This document shows, piece after piece, positions 37,700-49,765 of a stretch of 64,000 nt of DNA (the first letter of the stretch is position 1; every line of letters starts with the position of its first letter). The position numbers and the translations under genes were made by a program. The notes below the pieces were generated by a model. It ran no database searches. It was not told the origin of the DNA and saw only the letters and a program-made list of their open reading frames with translations. Source of the stretch: Felis catus (taxonomy: Eukaryota); assembly GCF_018350175.1 (NCBI RefSeq), contig NC_058368.1, forward strand, positions 28,274,001 through 28,338,000. The letters are read 5' to 3'.

Positions 37700-38525
37700 A
37701 AAAGAACTCCCCGTGGACAAAGCTGGAGTGATTTGATTAAAAGTCGTATTAGCTTACAACCCAAAATCCATGAGTTCATACTGATATACACAAATGACTG
37801 AATAGATAAATAAATGGAAAGAGTAGACAAATTTCCCATGCAGAAGAATTCCAAATTGTTTTACAGCTACTCTCCCCCTCAAGGTGGACAATACCTCCCC
37901 ACTCCTTTTGTGTGGACTGCCCACAATGATATGCTTGCAAAGAGTACAGTGTGCAAAGGTGGGAAAAAAAGAGTAAATTTACAGTGGAGAAACCTGTCAA
38001 AACCACCTCAGACAGGGAATCAAGGTTACCATCAACAATGAGTCATGGTGATAGTACATCCCCCTGATGTGATGTGACAAGAAGGGCACTTTACCTCTGT
38101 GGTCTTCCTTCCAGAAAGCCATAACCCCAGTCTGACCATGAGAAAAACGTCAAACAAATCCTAATTGAGAAACATTCTAAAAAAAACCCTCTCCCGGACT
38201 CCTCAAACCTCTTAAAGGTCATCAAAAACAAGGATCCTCTGAGAAACTACCACAGCAAAGAGAAGTCTAAGGAGATATTTACATGACAATTAAATGAAAG
38301 GTGGTATCCTGGATAGGACCCTGTGATAGAAAAAGGGCATGATGTGAATAATGTGTGGACTTTCGTTAATAATGTGTCAGTATTGGTTCATTAACTGTAA
38401 CAAATGTACCATACTCATATAAGATATTAATCAAGAAAATTGGGTGTGGCGGGGACGGGACCTCTCTGTACTGTCTTTGCAACTTTTCGGTAAATCTAAA
38501 ACTACTCTCAAATTAAAAGTTGATG
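37700..38525 (+). mobile_element. Old L1 (L1MC-like) 3' region
   Basis: tttacagtggagaaacctg...atcaaggttaccatcaaca...gtggtatcctggatagg...aaatctaaaactactctcaaattaaaagtt. Confidence 0.8.
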
Positions 38526-38534
38526 TAAAGCAAT

Positions 38535-38645
38535 TGGGATTCCTGCCTACCCCATCCCCAGAGGTTGTGACTCAGCAGGTCCGGTGGGAGACTCACTAAC
38601 CTGCTAGAGCGAGCTAAGCAGGTGACATCATTGCAGGTGCCTGCG
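38535..38645. mobile_element. MER5-like hAT MITE fragment
   Basis: gattcctgcctaccccatccccagagg...tgactcagcaggtccggtgggag...caggtgacatc. Confidence 0.45.
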
Positions 38646-39529
38646 TAGTCTGTTAAAAGGCTACAATCCAGGCACATCTGTTTAAGCAGAAAGACAAACG
38701 GCTCCTGAAATGTCTACCCCCTCTATACTGGAGTGCCACTGGCTTCCAGGACAAAATTAACTGCTTCGCGTCTGCCTGGCATGGGTAGCATCGCCTGTAC
38801 TAGGCCACTCTGAAAATGCTGTCATATTATTCCGTGGCCCTTCACCAAAGGCCACGTTTCCTCGGGTTTTGACAACCCTCCGTACAATCACCTCCACAAA
38901 GATAAGCTTTAAATGGTGATGATGATAACAGACCGTGCCATGGCCTCTGCGAGCTAGCAAAATAAAGGAAATAAAAGGGGGAATAAAAGACATTGCTTCC
39001 AGCAGCTCTCAAACTGAACATAGTGCTACATGAACAAAAGCTATTCATTCAGCAGGAGGGGAGCAGGGGAGGGGATTCAACATGTGCATCTTCAAAACTA
39101 GAGCCAACTGTGCTCAGTCGTTCATGAGCTACTGCTATTTTCCAAAACTCTAAGATATTTTGTCTATGTTTAGTCAACTAAAAGAAACATAATTTTAATG
39201 AATGAGTGGTCTCCAGTTTTAAACAAGAGGCTTGGGGCTATTAAAATGGTTTATTTGAAGAGGATAAACATAGATGGCTTAAGGTTGTTATAGGTTATTA
39301 TGAAATAGTTGGATTGTGTCTCTATCATTTTCTCCGTGGGTAGTTAATGCCTTGATCTCTTCATTAATATAGGCTTTTTGGCGGCCATGTTATTCATGTC
39401 CTGTGACTATGCATTTTCATAGTGAGAGGACGGTTGGTTGCTCCCAGGCGATATCGTTTGTCTTCACTCACAGACTTTCTTGAAGTATCAGGAAAAACTT
39501 AACTTTGCATGCATGTGCGTGTGCATGTG

Positions 39530-39530
<1 letters not shown>

Positions 39531-39564
<34 letters not shown>
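39531..39564. repeat. (GT)n microsatellite
   Basis: Direct. Confidence 0.95.
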
Positions 39565-39567
<3 letters not shown>

Positions 39568-41184
39568 AACCAACCAGCCATGCTGTCTGCCGAAGACAGC
39601 TCTGTGAGCGGGGCTATGGATATGAACACACGCTGTCTTCAATTACCAGACCATCAGCACTTTCTCACTGGTCACACACACCATGCCCCAGCATGGGGGT
39701 CAGACTAACGAGCTCGGCCTATGTACCAGGCAACAGTCTCCAGTGACAACAACACTGTCATGACTAATTCACTTTCTGGCTCCTGGGAATAAACGGTGAC
39801 ACTCTGTTTTTGACTAAAATGTAATGCGTTCGGAGCCTTGCCAACCTCAGAGAAGGGCTGACTGTGGTATCCGACAGGCTAGCAGTCTTTTGGAGGGCCC
39901 GTGTGTAGATTTGCCTTTGGAAAACAGCCTAGGATTGGAGATTTTTGGTCTGAAGTAGAGAGCCATGGAAAAAAAATTCATTGAAGAAATTTAGCCCAAA
40001 TCCACGTTGCCAACCTCAAATTATTAGTTTCCATATAGAAAACAAAAATAAAGACAAGGACAAGGTAAAGTTTATTCCCCGGGCTGCTCTGCTACATGAA
40101 TCATCCCAACCAAGTAACCAGGATATTTCCGTCCACAATACCTCAAAACAGACTCAAATGGCATTGCAATCAATTGTATTTCCCCATTTCTAATGGCACA
40201 AAGTTCATTTCAGTTAAGCAAATGACATCATACCGGGAAAAATAACCGGCAACATTTAGCTACATATAACCATGGTGGACAACTACAGTATGTTGGACCT
40301 ATAATAACCATTGAACCACAACAGATCCCACAAATGTCAAAGCCATTGCTGCAGCAAAGCAACTGATCAGGATCCCAAATCCTGTGCCGGGATAATTTGT
40401 TTCAGAGGCAAATTATTTCTGATATTTTAAAAAGTACTTCTAATCAGAGCCACTAATTCATCCTCACAGTGCCCTGTAGTGCTAGATATAAACATGTACC
40501 TCTTTACACAAGCATGGTGAAAGAAACTAGAGGGAAGCTAAGTCAATCATGCAGCAAATCAGAGGAGAACCACAAGTTCAGATGAAGAATTTGTCTCCCG
40601 ATTCTAAGCTCAACCCATGTACCCTCTGCATTACTGAGAAATCGCCACCGAGATAAGAAATAGGCCAGACAGAAATGCTGGAATTCTTCTTGGTATTTGG
40701 GTTTGACTCTGAGGCTGCCTTTTGGTTTCTAAACCTTTTTGATGTCTTTTCTGATCTGGAAATGCTAACTGGCCTTGTGCAAGAGAGGTAAGGTAGGGCA
40801 ACAGATACTGGTCAAAAGGGAAAAGGCCAGTCGTTGCATCTTGTTACCTTTTCGACCACGGTTTCTAGTTCCTGCAGGACAATTGTTCGAGACAAATTTG
40901 CCATCTTGTTGTGCCTTGTCAAAGCACCCTCTAGGGTCAGGAACATCAAATGCATGCTCTACAAACACATACTGAGCATGTGCCAGTCTCTCTGCTGGGT
41001 GCTGAGGATATAAAGACCTTTAGGACACCTTCTCTTTCAGTCCGGTATAGGAAGACACGAGAAAACCTGGCCTTTCCTCCTGGAAGCCTCTCTCTAATTA
41101 GTCTCATCACAGCTTGCCACTTGGTTGGAGAACTTTACATCACTGAAGTGACCGCTTTCTATCCTTCAGTGATGTTCCATAGTA

Positions 41185-41490
41185 ATGCTGACCAATAGAG
41201 GTATAGTGTGGGGTAATTTACATGCAGGGTAATTTAAATTTTCGGACAGTAACATTTTTTTAAAAGTTAAAAAAAGAACAGGTGAATACATTTTAATTAT
41301 ATATTTCATTTAAATCAGTGTATCCAAAATAGTACCATTTTGACATGTAATCGAATGAATAAGTTATTAATGAGATTTTTGTTCATACCACATCATCGAA
41401 ATCTGTGTGCACTCTATACTTAGAGCACATCTCAACTTGAACTGGTCACATTTCAAGTGCTCGGTGGCCACATGTGGCTGGTGGCTCAGC
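41185..41490. mobile_element. MER33/MER3-like hAT-Charlie MITE
   Basis: gctgaccaataga...agcacatctcaacttgaactggtcacatttcaagtgctcggtggccacatgtggctggtggct. Confidence 0.75.
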
Positions 41491-41560
41491 TCTAGACTCC
41501 TGGCCTGGCGTCTCTTTTACTCTGGGGAACTCAAAAGTTTTCATTCAAACAAGAAAGTAA

Positions 41561-42054
41561 TGTATCAGTTTCCTATTGTTGCTGTCATAAATTACTACAC
41601 ATTTAGTGGCGTAACACAACACAAATTTTATCATCTTACAGTTCTGTAGATCGGAAGTCTGACGTTGGTCTCACGAGGCTAAAATCAGTGTCCTCAGGAC
41701 CACATACATCCCTTTTGAAGACCCCAAGGGTCCATTTCCTTGCCTTTTCCAGCTGCTACAGGCTTCCTGCTTTCATGGGCTCTTGGCCCCTTCCTCCACC
41801 TTCAAAGCCAGCTACGTGGCCTCTCTTTGACTCTCTCTGATCATGTCTTCCTCTGACTACAGCTGTGAAACATTCTCCCACTTAAAGAAGATTAGATTGG
41901 GCCCACCTGGATAATCCGAAGTACTCTCCCCATCTCAAGGTCCTTAACTTTATCATGTCTACAAAGTCCCTTTTGCCACGTAAGGGAAAACATTCACAGG
42001 GTCTAAGGATAGGGACTTGGACATATTTGAAGGGTCATTATTCTGCCTACCACA
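41561..42054 (-). mobile_element. MaLR solo LTR (MLT1D-like)
   Basis: tgtatcagtttcctattgttgctgtcataaattact...gggcccacctggataatcc...ttattctgcctaccaca. Confidence 0.82.
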
Positions 42055-43059
42055 GGCATCGCGTTTTCTTGTTTGCTTTTTATTATAAAGAGACAAGAAT
42101 AGACATTTAAAGTTGGGGGACTTGAAAAGCAATGCCTTTTGCCCTCAAGCTCATTTGGATTACCTCTCTTGGATAAGAAAGGGCCACTTTCATGAATTTC
42201 TACCTGTCTCAGGACACGAGTTTTTTCTCTCACATGCCATTGACCACTCATTCAAAAAAATATTTTAAGGTTTTATAGATACCAGACATGTACCAATCCC
42301 ACAAAACAATGACAACCAAGTACCAAGAAGAAAATTATGGCATAACATGATAGTTCTTTTTTAAAAATAAGGGGTATTATTATTATTATTATTATTTTGA
42401 AACCTACTTACCATGTTTGAAGCACACTAAGAGTGTGGCATTGTTCCCAAAATAAAGTTACTGATTCTCCAAAATTGGGAACCTGAAGCTGTGTCTGATA
42501 TAGAATATTCTCAACTCTAGACAACTGGAAATTACTAATGGGAAGAAATAACAGGAAGATCCCAAAAGAAGAACAATAATTTAAGAAAACAAAACTTTGT
42601 CAAAAAAATTCAGAATCATCAATACATAGAGCCAGAGACCAAAATGGGAATATAAGCAAAGACCAATACATACAAGATTTTCTTAGGAAAATGATCTTTT
42701 AAAGACTTTATGATGCAATTATGTGTTTATTCACATGTAATAAATGCATCCTTTGAAGCTAGGTTAATATTTGCAACAGTTTCCTGCTACAGATGCATGT
42801 TGTTTATCACCTGGTTTATGGTGTTGGCCCTTTTATAAGCTTAATCATGAAACCAAAACTGTCAGGGCAGGAAAGAACTTCAGATCATTAAGTCCAGCCC
42901 ACTCATTTTCAGATTAGGAAACAGACCACACACTGGGAGATCAAGTAGCTTGCTCAAAGTCCTATAAGTGACTAGTGGGTCAACTCTAGACTGCAAACTC
43001 TCAGTTCACTGCTTCAAACCCTGGCCTGCCGGGGAGGGGTAAATCCTTATCACATCCAT

Positions 43060-43360
43060 CCACCCATCCATCCATTCATTCAACAAACACTTGCCGCGTG
43101 TCCACTATATGCCAGATCCCGTGTTCTAGGGCTGAGGACACAATACAGTACAAAACTGGCAAAGTCCCAGCTCTAAGGAAGCTTACATTCCAGGGGGTAA
43201 AGAGGTAATAAATACATGCTTATCTCAGATGGGAAAGGGGCTAAGAAGGAAAATAAAGCAATGATGCAATAATATAATGTAAGAGGATAATAAGTGATGG
43301 AAGGTAGTTGCTATTTCCGGGAAGATTGTATTGATAGGGGGACATTTTGAACAGACTGAA
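43060..43360 (-). mobile_element. L2 3' end
   Basis: catccattcattcaacaaacacttg...actatatgccag...ggaagcttacattccaggggg. Confidence 0.7.
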
Positions 43361-44892
43361 TTCAGAGTAAAATTTAGAGGACACTTAGGATAAAAGCTAA
43401 TTATGAGTGGTGAGGACAGGATGAAATGCTAATAGAAAAATCCAAAAAACCTACTGAGGAGTGACGGAGACGGGTGGGAATGGGTCAGTTTTATTTTACC
43501 CATTTCCCTCCCAAGGAAAAAGGGGAGGCTTGAACACAGGAAGAATGCAGGTGGTGGCCATCTGCACATGCTCACCTGAGCACCTGAGCAGGCTATGACC
43601 CGAGGTTCCCCATGGCCGTACCTCTCCTGTGTGCCTGGCACTGTCTAGGTGGTGCCCGCGAAGACAGGTCCCATGACCACAGGGCAGCAGTTCTGACCTG
43701 AAACTGAGGGGTGAATCTGAGCAGAAGTGACCAAAGCATTGAGAAAATGGCCTAGGTTCTGGCTGGGGATGGAAGTGGATGGACCAGTAAGAAGAGACCT
43801 TGCAAGTCAGACTAGATATTAGGAGCCAGCCTAGCTGAAACAGGGCATGCCCGCCAGAGACTGAGAAATTGTTCAAGCAGTCAGGCTAATCGTGCCTAAG
43901 GAAGCTTTTTGCAAAGTTTACTTGGGTTTTTTCCGCAAGCCGTAGACTGTGCTGCTGTACCACCTTGAGGCTCAAAGTAACACTGCAGCTTTAAGAGAGC
44001 AGAGTGGATCCTCCGTGTACCTGGAGCAGGAGTCTGGGCTTCTGGTCCCTTCCCAGACTCCCTCATTGTAATAAAATGCTATATGCCCCTGGGTTGTTTT
44101 GAGCACTGCTCTGTTGTGAACCCCGTGGGAAAGGCTGTAGTAGCATCTGCGGAAGGGCAGTGCGTCTGGCCCTGCAGCTCTATGGCCAGGCCAGCTGGCT
44201 TGGGGGGTGCACCGGTACCCGCCTTAGCCCACACGGGGCTCAAGCATCTCAGTTCCTATTTCTTCAGCCTGAATCACAGGGCAGCGTCCCGGGAAGCCAG
44301 CATTTCCCCACTCTTGGCTGAGGACCACACTGGCTGTGCTACAGCTTTGCCCTTTTCAACATTCCCTGGCTAAATGGAGTCCTGGAGGCTCTGGTGTGAA
44401 GTGTCCTCCTCTATCTCCTTCCCTCCTCTGCCCACCTGCCTCCAGCATGTTCTTCTGACCCAGTCCCTTTGTAGGGCGACAGACACTCCTTATTGCAACA
44501 TCCCCTATAAGGGTAAATAATGAAGCTTCATTATCAGGAGGTGGGGAGGGAATCCACATGTAGGAATACAGACTGGGAGATTCAAGAAAGACATAGAGAT
44601 AAGACAGGCGATGGTAATAGCTTCCCTTTGATTACCTCCAAGGACAGCAGTCTCCTCCCTCACCCCCACCCACCCCAACTTTAAGAGGTTGACAAACAGA
44701 AAACCCAGGTAATGTTTACCTTTTCCAGGGGGAAATTCAGGAAACAAAAAAGTGTTCGGACTGTTTTTTTTCCTTAATTTTCAGTTGTGCTCGAACATTT
44801 TTCTTCAAAGTTTTTTTTTTTTTGCAAAATTTTTAGAAACCACCTAATTAATACATTCTTCAGCCTTCTTTGAATAAATTTTGTTGAGTAAT

Positions 44893-45089
44893 TTATTTTA
44901 TTTTAAATGTTTATTTTGAGAGAGAGAGAGAGCAGGGGAGGGGCAGAGAGAGAGGGAGAGAATCTCAAGCAAGTTCTGTGCTTTCAGCACAGAGCCCAAA
45001 GCAGGGCTTGATCTCATAAACCATGAATACAGGACCTGAGCTGAAATCAAGAGTCTGATGCTTAACCAACTGAGTTACCCAGACACCCC
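44893..45089 (-). mobile_element. CAN-SINE
   Basis: TSD-like agtaatttatttta / agtaacttatttta. Confidence 0.9.
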
Positions 45090-45154
45090 AAGTAACTTAT
45101 TTTAAATGCATTTTTCCATTGTGAAGTATACTTCACATTAAAAATATTATATAA

Positions 45155-45365
45155 GGGGGCGTCTGGGTGGCTCAGTTGGTTGAGTGTCCAACTTCGGCTC
45201 AGGTCATGATCTCGCAGTTCGTGAGTTCGAGCCCTGCATCGGGCTCTGTGCTGACAGCTCAGGGCCTGGACCCTGCTTCAGATTCTGTGTCTCCCTCTCT
45301 CTCTGCCCCTTCCCCGCTCATGCTCTATCTCTCTCTGTCTCCCAAAAATGAATAAACGTTAAAAA
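45155..45365 (+). mobile_element. CAN-SINE (SINEC_Fc type)
   Basis: gggggcgtctgggtggctcagttggttgagtgtccaacttcggctcaggtcatgatctc; flanks aaatattatata. Confidence 0.93.
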
Positions 45366-46182
45366 CATTGTTTTAAATATTATATAATGGATGTGTCTAA
45401 TTTGAAGAAAATGAGTTGAACATCCAGGGACTCACCATTCATAAGTAGAATATTACTGGTACTTCAGAAGTCTCTCCTGTGTCCTCTTCCTTTCTCTCCT
45501 CTCCACAAGCAATTCCTTGTCTTGAATTTTGTCTTATTCCTTATATTTTTATAGTTATGTATATGTATATATATGTGTGTATATATATACATATATGTGT
45601 GCATATATATACATATATATGACTATGAAGGGATATGTATATATATACATATATGCATTTGTGTATATATAATAACACGGCGAATTATTTTGCCTATTTT
45701 TGAACTTTAGCTAAATAGACTCTTCCTTGTCTTCTTCTGTGACTTGCTCCTTTTGCTATTATGTTTTTGCAATGCATCCATGTTGATGCATGTGGCTATG
45801 GCCCTTTTCTGCTGTTGTATAAAATTCCATTGGTTGCATATAACATGATTTATTCATCCAGTCTACTATTGATGAGCATTGTACATACTTCCTGGAGTAT
45901 ATATGGCAGATTATGTCTAGAGTTTATTTCTAACAGTAAAATTGTTGTGACATATGACACACAGAAGTCCAATTTAAGTAGGTACTACTCAATCCTTTCC
46001 CAGAGCAGTTGTACCAATTTCACAGATCAGGTTGCCCTGGAAACAGATTCAAATATTCCCATATAGGAAATTTATTGGGGGATGCTCTTGGGAACACCCA
46101 TAAGGGATGAGGGAAGCAGGATTTAGATCTCCCGTCTTATTTGGTGCTTCCTAGTTTTTGGTCCAGTTGTGTCTCTTTTTCT

Positions 46183-46548
46183 ATTTTTTTTTTTCTTTTT
46201 GAGAGAGAGAGAGAGCACATGCGAGCAGAGGGAGAGCAAATCTTTTTTCAAAACAATGTTTATTTTTGAGAGAGCAAGTGTGCATGAGAGCTGAGGGGCA
46301 GAGAGAGAGGTGGACAGCTGATCCAAAGCGAGCTCTGTGCTAACAGCAGAAAGCCCGATGAGGGGCTCGAACTCTCAAACCGTGAGACCATGACCTGAGA
46401 CAAAGTCAGATGCTTAACTAAATCTTAAGCAGGCTCTCCGCCCAGCATAGAGCCCAACATGGGGCTCCATCTCACCGACTGAGAGATCCTGACTAGAGCT
46501 GCAATCAAGTTGGACGCTTAACCGACTGAGCGAGCCACCCAGGCTACC
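46183..46548 (-). mobile_element. CAN-SINE containing a second nested CAN-SINE (inner ~46245-46419)
   Basis: Two tails in series; aaatctt duplicated on both sides of the inner copy. Confidence 0.85.
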
Positions 46549-47069
46549 TTTTCTTAACTTCTATTTTTTTCTCTACTAGTTTGAATATATGCAATTTATT
46601 AATATTCTCTTACTGATTGCACTGGAAATTTTAGCTTGCCTATTCAATAATCTAGAAAAGTAGATAAATATGTGTACAACTTTTCCTAGAAAATTTAATG
46701 TGTATTCTTTTTGCCTGAGGGTTGTTGGGTTTCTTGAAAACTGTGGATGGTTCTTCTATCACTTCTGGAAAGTTTCCAGCGACTTTCTTTTCAAATACTA
46801 ATTCTACACTGTCTTCTCCCTCTTCTCCTTCTGTAACTATTGGACACGTGTCAGCTCTCCTTTCCCTCAATGTCACTTAACCTCTCTCTCATACGTCCCA
46901 TCTTTGTTTGTCTACACTGTATTCTGGAGAATTTTTTCCAAGTCACTAATTCTCTCTCAGGTATGTCTAATCTGCTGTTAAACTTACCCACTGAGTGTTC
47001 TCATTTCAATTATTTTAGTTTTCCTTTTTAGAAGTTTGTTTTTAAAGTGTATTTTCGTTCTCTGTTGAT

Positions 47070-47760
47070 ATTTTTATAAGACTTACTGAAGTATAATTTC
47101 CATAGCCCCAAATTCATCCTTTTTAAATGTGCAATTCAATGGATTTTAGTATCTTCAGAGACTTGTACAATCATTAACATGTTTATCATCCTAAAGGAAA
47201 CTCATACGCATAAAGCAGTCGCTTGCCTTTTTCTTCAGTCTCCAGTCTACTAATCTACTTTCTGTCACTATGGATCTGCTTATTCTGGGTATTATGTATA
47301 AATGGAATCATATAATATGTGGCCTCTAGTGTCTGCTGTCTTACACAGCACAGTTTTTAAGGTTCATCTGTGTTGTAGCTTATGTCCCTACTTTATTCCT
47401 TTTAATGGCTAAACAATCTTCTATTATATGGATAAACCACATCTTGTATATCTATCAGTTGATTGACATTTGGGTCATTTCCACTTTGGGGTTATTATGA
47501 GTAATGCCACGAATATTCATGTATAAGTTTTTATGCAGATATGTTTTCATTTCTCTTGGGCATATATATCCTTAGAAGTGGAATTGTTGGATCACATGGC
47601 AACTCTGTCTCACTTTTTTGAGGAACTGTCAAACTGTTTTAAAAATGGCTGCATTTTTAATTCCCACCAATAGAGTATGAGGGTCCCAATTTCTTCACAT
47701 CCTTGTTATTGTCCATCTTTTTGTTGTTGTTGTTGTTATACTATCCTAGTGGATGTGGAC
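47070..47760 (-). mobile_element. Old L1 (L1MB-like) 3' fragment
   Basis: tactaatctactttctgtcactatggat...tataaatggaatcatataatatgtgg...tttgaggaactgtcaaactgtttt. Confidence 0.82.
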
Positions 47761-47819
47761 AGGTCCCCTATTCATATTTAAGCTTCCATTTATGTCTTAA
47801 AAATATCTAACACAACTAC

Positions 47820-48041
47820 TTTTTTTTAAACATTTTTCAACACTTATTTATTTTTGAGAGAGAAAAACCAAGCATGAGCAGGGGAGGGGCAGAGAGAGAG
47901 GGAGACAGAATCTGAAGCAGGCTCCAGGCTCTGAGCTGAGCTGTCAGCACAGAGCCTGACCTGGGGCTCGAACTCACGAAGCATGAGGTCATGAACGGAG
48001 CCGAAGTCAGACGCTTAACCAACTGAGCCATCCAGGCGCCC
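47820..48041 (-). mobile_element. CAN-SINE (SINEC_Fc type)
   Basis: TSD tctaacacaactactttt on both sides. Confidence 0.94.
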
Positions 48042-49517
48042 TCTAACACAACTACTTTTGATTCTGTTTGAGAACACTAACATAGAGCATCTTTGAACTG
48101 ATTTCCACTCTGTCATTTCTGCTGCTTCCTGCTCATGGTCTTGTAATTTGTTTCTTTTATCTAAGCTTCTTATTGTTTGGGGGAATTTAAATTGGAAATA
48201 ATTGAAACCTAGGATGGAGGGGGACTTTCAAGAGGATTCCTGTTTGCCTCTGATAAGTGCATAGAAGCATTAACAGAAAAATGTTAAACTAAATTCTCAG
48301 CTTGGGGTTTTGAGACCACCCAAGCAGGATGAATTTAGACTACAAAAACTCACATGAAAATCAGTTTATCAAGTCTCAGAAAAAAAACTTTCCCCTTGAT
48401 TCACTGCCAAAGGTTTGAACAGAGAAGTTTTCTTCCAATCCGCAGGGTGGGAGAGTCGTGGGTTTTTTCCCCCTCCCAACTTCACTTTCATACTGTGGGA
48501 ATGGTCCTTTGGGGTCTTCGCTTTGGCCAGGCCCAAAAGCTCGGTGTGATGGTTAAATTTCTGTGCCAACTTTGCTAGGCCACAGCGTCAGACACTTTTA
48601 ACATTTCACTTTCTTTCCCCAATCCCCCAGGAGAGGACTATTTTTTCCCCTAACACCTGCCATCTCTTCTTCCTGTCCAGTATCACGCTCTCCTACTTCT
48701 GTTGGAGACAGGCATCAGAGCAGAGAGGGAAAGGTCAAAGATAATGGACTTCTCAAAGGTGTTCAACCCGAATGACTAGAACAACGTATGGGAGAGTGTA
48801 CCCAGGAGGAGATGCCTGCCTGCTGGGGCAAGACGAACTCAACTTGAAATGCTTACCTTGTAAAGATGGTCAACTTTGTAACTAAGGCTCAAAGCGGCAC
48901 CACATAAGAGGAATGCAAAGAAAATACAACATTATACACATCAGTCAAACCGAAGAGTTCGGGTCAAGGTATCTCCAGCCAAGAGTGGCAAGATTCATCA
49001 ACCACCGAACTTGAAAAGCCCAAAGGTGAATGTGGAGATTTTGAAAAGACGTTTGAGCAAACAGTTAGGAAATAAAAGAAATCCCAGTTGTATAACACAA
49101 ACGCGTGGGAGAAAAACGTGCCAGTGTAAATAGCTGTTGTCTCTATGTATTGTGACAGGTGATTCTGTCACCTTTCGGCTTTTGTTTTTTTAGTATGGTG
49201 ACACAGTGTAATGTAATGAGAACAGGAGCCTGGCAGACCCGGGCATTACCTCTATGCCCACTGGGTAAGACACTTCACTTCTTTGAACCCAAGTTTTCTC
49301 ACGTGAAAAACAGGAACAATAATGACAAGGTTGGTATCTGCATTCAATAACCCAAAGGGCCTGCCATACACAGTAAGTAGAAATTATAAGAACAGTATTG
49401 CATTGGGGTGGTTGCTCCTTCTCGCTTTCATTTTCTATGTTAATTGTTATTTGAAACACTGCTTCTTCACTGTTTCCATAGCATTCAATACTCTTCTTAT
49501 GAAAGTAGTATATTCAT

Positions 49518-49681
49518 GGGGCACCCAGGTGGCTCAGTCGGTAAAGCGTCAGCTCAGGTCACAGATCTCACGGTCTGTGGGTTCAAGCCCCGCATCAGGC
49601 TCTATCCTGACAGCTCAGAGCCTGGAGCCTGCTTGGGATTCTGTGTCTCCCTCTCTCTGCCCCTCCCCCACTCACACTCTG

Positions 49682-49733
<52 letters not shown>

Positions 49734-49765
49734 AAAAATAAATAAATAAATAAACATTAAAAAAT
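49518..49765 (+). mobile_element. CAN-SINE with expanded (CT)n
   Basis: ggggcacccaggtggctcagtcggtaaagcg...gacagctcagagcctggagcctgc. Confidence 0.92.

Noticed and set aside
48857..49010. Possible minus-strand exon ending AAG|gtaagc
   Set aside because: Stops in all three frames and no partner exons; at most non-coding.
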